Assembly (NCBI GenBank): GCA_000388065.2
Contig: KB932207.1
DNA: 19,333 nt
Source: Fonticula alba ATCC 38817
Taxonomy: Eukaryota > Protista > Nucleariida
Reading direction: 5' to 3' (one strand)
Part shown: positions 17,501-19,333 of the stretch, piece after piece
Layout: each line of letters begins with the position of its first letter
How positions within the stretch are numbered: the first letter of the stretch is position 1
Translations under genes and position numbers: made by a program
Notes under the pieces: generated by a model
What the model was told of the DNA's origin: nothing
Database searches by the model: none
What the model saw: the letters and a program-made list of their open reading frames with translations, nothing else

Positions 17501-19290
17501 TGGCCGGCAGGGAGCTGCTAACCGAGCGCTGGGCGCTCTGTGGGCGAGGTGGGCGTGTCAGAACCCGCGAAAAGACCGGCGTCGCATGGCAGATGGCCAG
17601 CGCCGGAGAGGGGCAGGCCGAGGGAACGGGGCCCCGGGGAGTTGGCGGGAGGAAAGGGCAGCCGGGAGGGGAGGAGCATGGCACGCACGGCCACGGTGTT
17701 CTGCATGAGCATGGCAATGGTCATCGGGCCGACACCACCCGGCACCGGGGTGATGGCCGACACCACGGGGAGGGCCTCCTCGAAGTTGACATCACCCTTG
17801 AGCACCATGGCGCCAGGCTTCTCAGGGTCTGCGCGATCGGGCCGAGGGGGAGGGGGGGGGGATAAGCAACGGCCGGAGCACAGTGCGGCATGCAGGTGAG
17901 CACAGGGTCATGGCAGGGGAGGAGGAGGAGGAGGAGGAGGAGCAGAAGCAGGAGTATTCTGCCTCTTCTCGTGCCCCGCCCGGAGGCGAGGCACCGACGC
18001 ACGGGGGGAGGTGTTGATGCCGACATCGATGACCACAGCGCCGGGCTTGAGCCAGTCGCCACGCACGAACGCCGGCTGGCCGATGGCCGCGACAACGATG
18101 TCGCCGGTGCGCACAACATCCGCGATGTTCTGGGTCTGCGAGTGGCACACCGTGACAGTGGCGTTGGCCTTGAGCAGGAGCTCCGCCACGGGGTGGCCCT
18201 GCGGTGGGAGGCGCAAGAGGGCGGGGAAGGGGGGGGGGGCAGGGGGGTGAGCAGCAGACGACGGGGGGCTGTCAGGGCGGGGCCGGCATCGGGCGGCGAG
18301 GCAGGGCGAGGCCGAAGCCAGACCCATCGCATGGGGTGCACGCAGGGGGGGGGGGGGGAGCGAGGCAACATACAACGATGTTACTGCGGCCAATGACGAC
18401 GGCGTGCTTGCCGGCGATCTGGACGCCAGAGCGCTTCAGCAGCTCCATGCAAGCCTGCGGCGTGCAGGGGACGAAGAGCGGGGTCTCCCCGCGAAGGGCA
18501 AGCTTGCCGACGTTGGACACATGGAAGCTGACCGCAGGGGGAGGGCCGGCAGGGGGCGAGGACCGGTGAGTGTGGATCTATGGGCAGAGGAGGGGAAATC
18601 ATAATGAGCAGGGGGGGGAGAGAGAGAGAGAGAGGGGAAAGGGCAGGCGCCTGCACGCACCCATCGACATCCTTCTGGATGGAAACGGCCTGGGTGATGG
18701 AGCGCTCGTCCAGGTGGGCCGGCAGGGGAAGCTGCACCAGAATGCCATGGACCTTGGGGTCGGCGTTGAAGCGCTCAATCTCGGCGAGGAGCTGGCGGCA
18801 GGGGCGCAGAATGCGGCAAGGTGCATGGTCGTGTGGTGTTAGGGGGGGGGGGGGAGAGGGAAGCGGGCGAGTATGGCGGAGGCGCCCAAAGCCGGGAATG
18901 TGCGCGTACCTGCGCGCGGTGGATATCCTCGGGGAACTGCTTGAGCGTGAAGTCCATGCCGAGCTGATGCATCGGAAGGGGAGACGGAGAGCGCGGGGCG
19001 AAGGAGAGAAGAGGGGACGAGGGCCAGGAGGGGGGCGTTAGAAGCGAGGGGGGGGGGGGCGGAGGAGGAGATGGAGGCATGCGTGGGGGCTAGATGCGCG
19101 CCAAATGCCGGCCGAGCATGCGCCTGGCCGTGTCTCCCACAGACGCACCTCAACGGCGACCTTCTGCTTCATGCGGACATAGGTGGTTGAGTCGCCACGG
19201 TAGCCGACCTGGATGACAGCCAGGCCCGGGACCACGCCATGCTTCTCGCGCAGGGCGGCGATTTCGGAGGCGAGATTCTCGCGAATCTCC
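14537..19290 (-). CDS. MTHFD1: 5'-partial trifunctional C1-tetrahydrofolate synthase (methylene-THF dehydrogenase/cyclohydrolase + formyl-THF synthetase)
   Basis: Exons (minus strand): 19290-19149, 18963-18910, 18791-18661, 18527-18374, 18198-18003, 17828-17689, 17537-17382, 17265-16929, (gap)16619-16445, 16349-16193, 16054-15800, 15693-15424, 15242-14798, 14626-14537. D/C motifs: [46 protein letters not shown] motifs: [70 protein letters not shown]-terminal GLF. The linker [10 protein letters not shown] joins both parts in one gene. The first exon lies beyond the window, so cytosolic (ADE3/MTHFD1) versus mitochondrial (MIS1-type) cannot be decided. Confidence 0.96.
15313..15390. repeat. (GA)n/GAGAGAAA repeat in a C1-THF synthase intron (CT-rich on the sense strand)
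   Basis: Directly visible inside intron 15423-15243. Confidence 0.8.
16620..16797. other. Assembly gap (178 N) hiding a splice acceptor and about 18 codons of C1-THF synthase
   Basis: The upstream exon ends ...AANNLL in phase 1 and the sequence resumes at LFNRL. Homologues have roughly AAAIDxRxFHExTQxDxA between these points. Confidence 0.9.
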
Positions 19291-19333
19291 CTGCAAGCGT
19301 GGGCAGGGAGGGAGGGAGGGGCCGAGAGGGGGG

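Noticed and set aside
4253-19290. Functional gene cluster (STT3, Rab32, POP4, C1-THF synthase)
   Set aside because: Unrelated housekeeping pathways in mixed orientations; nothing in the sequence supports co-regulation beyond a possible shared STT3/Rab promoter region.
1-19333. More than 100 overlapping ORFs in the six-frame track
   Set aside because: High GC makes stops rare. Almost all are antisense or off-frame shadows of the five genes, or translations of microsatellites (RERERE, SLSLSL, HTHTHT, CVCVCV, poly-G/P/R).

Overview
This is a very GC-rich, intron-rich eukaryotic window with five protein-coding genes and three N gaps. No RNA gene, mobile element or CRISPR array could be supported. 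(1) 1..3873 (+): 5'-truncated, intron-less ORF. It encodes a coiled coil that parses entirely into 11- and 15-residue His-bearing units, then an HMMR/KIF15-type C-terminal motif (HSNPNQKIQ) and a ~500-aa disordered tail. (2) STT3 oligosaccharyltransferase, STT3B-like, 7 exons, 7916..4253 (-). (3) Rab32/38/29-type GTPase with a ~90-aa interswitch insertion, 3 exons, 10294..11561 (+). (4) RNase P/MRP subunit POP4/Rpp29, 4 exons, 12298..13664 (+). (5) Trifunctional C1-THF synthase (MTHFD1/ADE3), at least 14 exons, 19290..14537 (-), 5'-truncated, with one exon start lost in a gap. Exon structures were derived by hand from GT-AG sites, reading-frame continuity and remembered family motifs; no searches were run. 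The fused trifunctional C1-THF synthase, CTRAC branch sites and a Rab32-type gene suggest a unicellular opisthokont (Fonticula-like); this is inference only. The most notable signals are the 11/15 coiled coil with the HMMR-type motif, the Rab insertion, and 5' splice sites that are +4C in 21 of 24 cases and never +4A.
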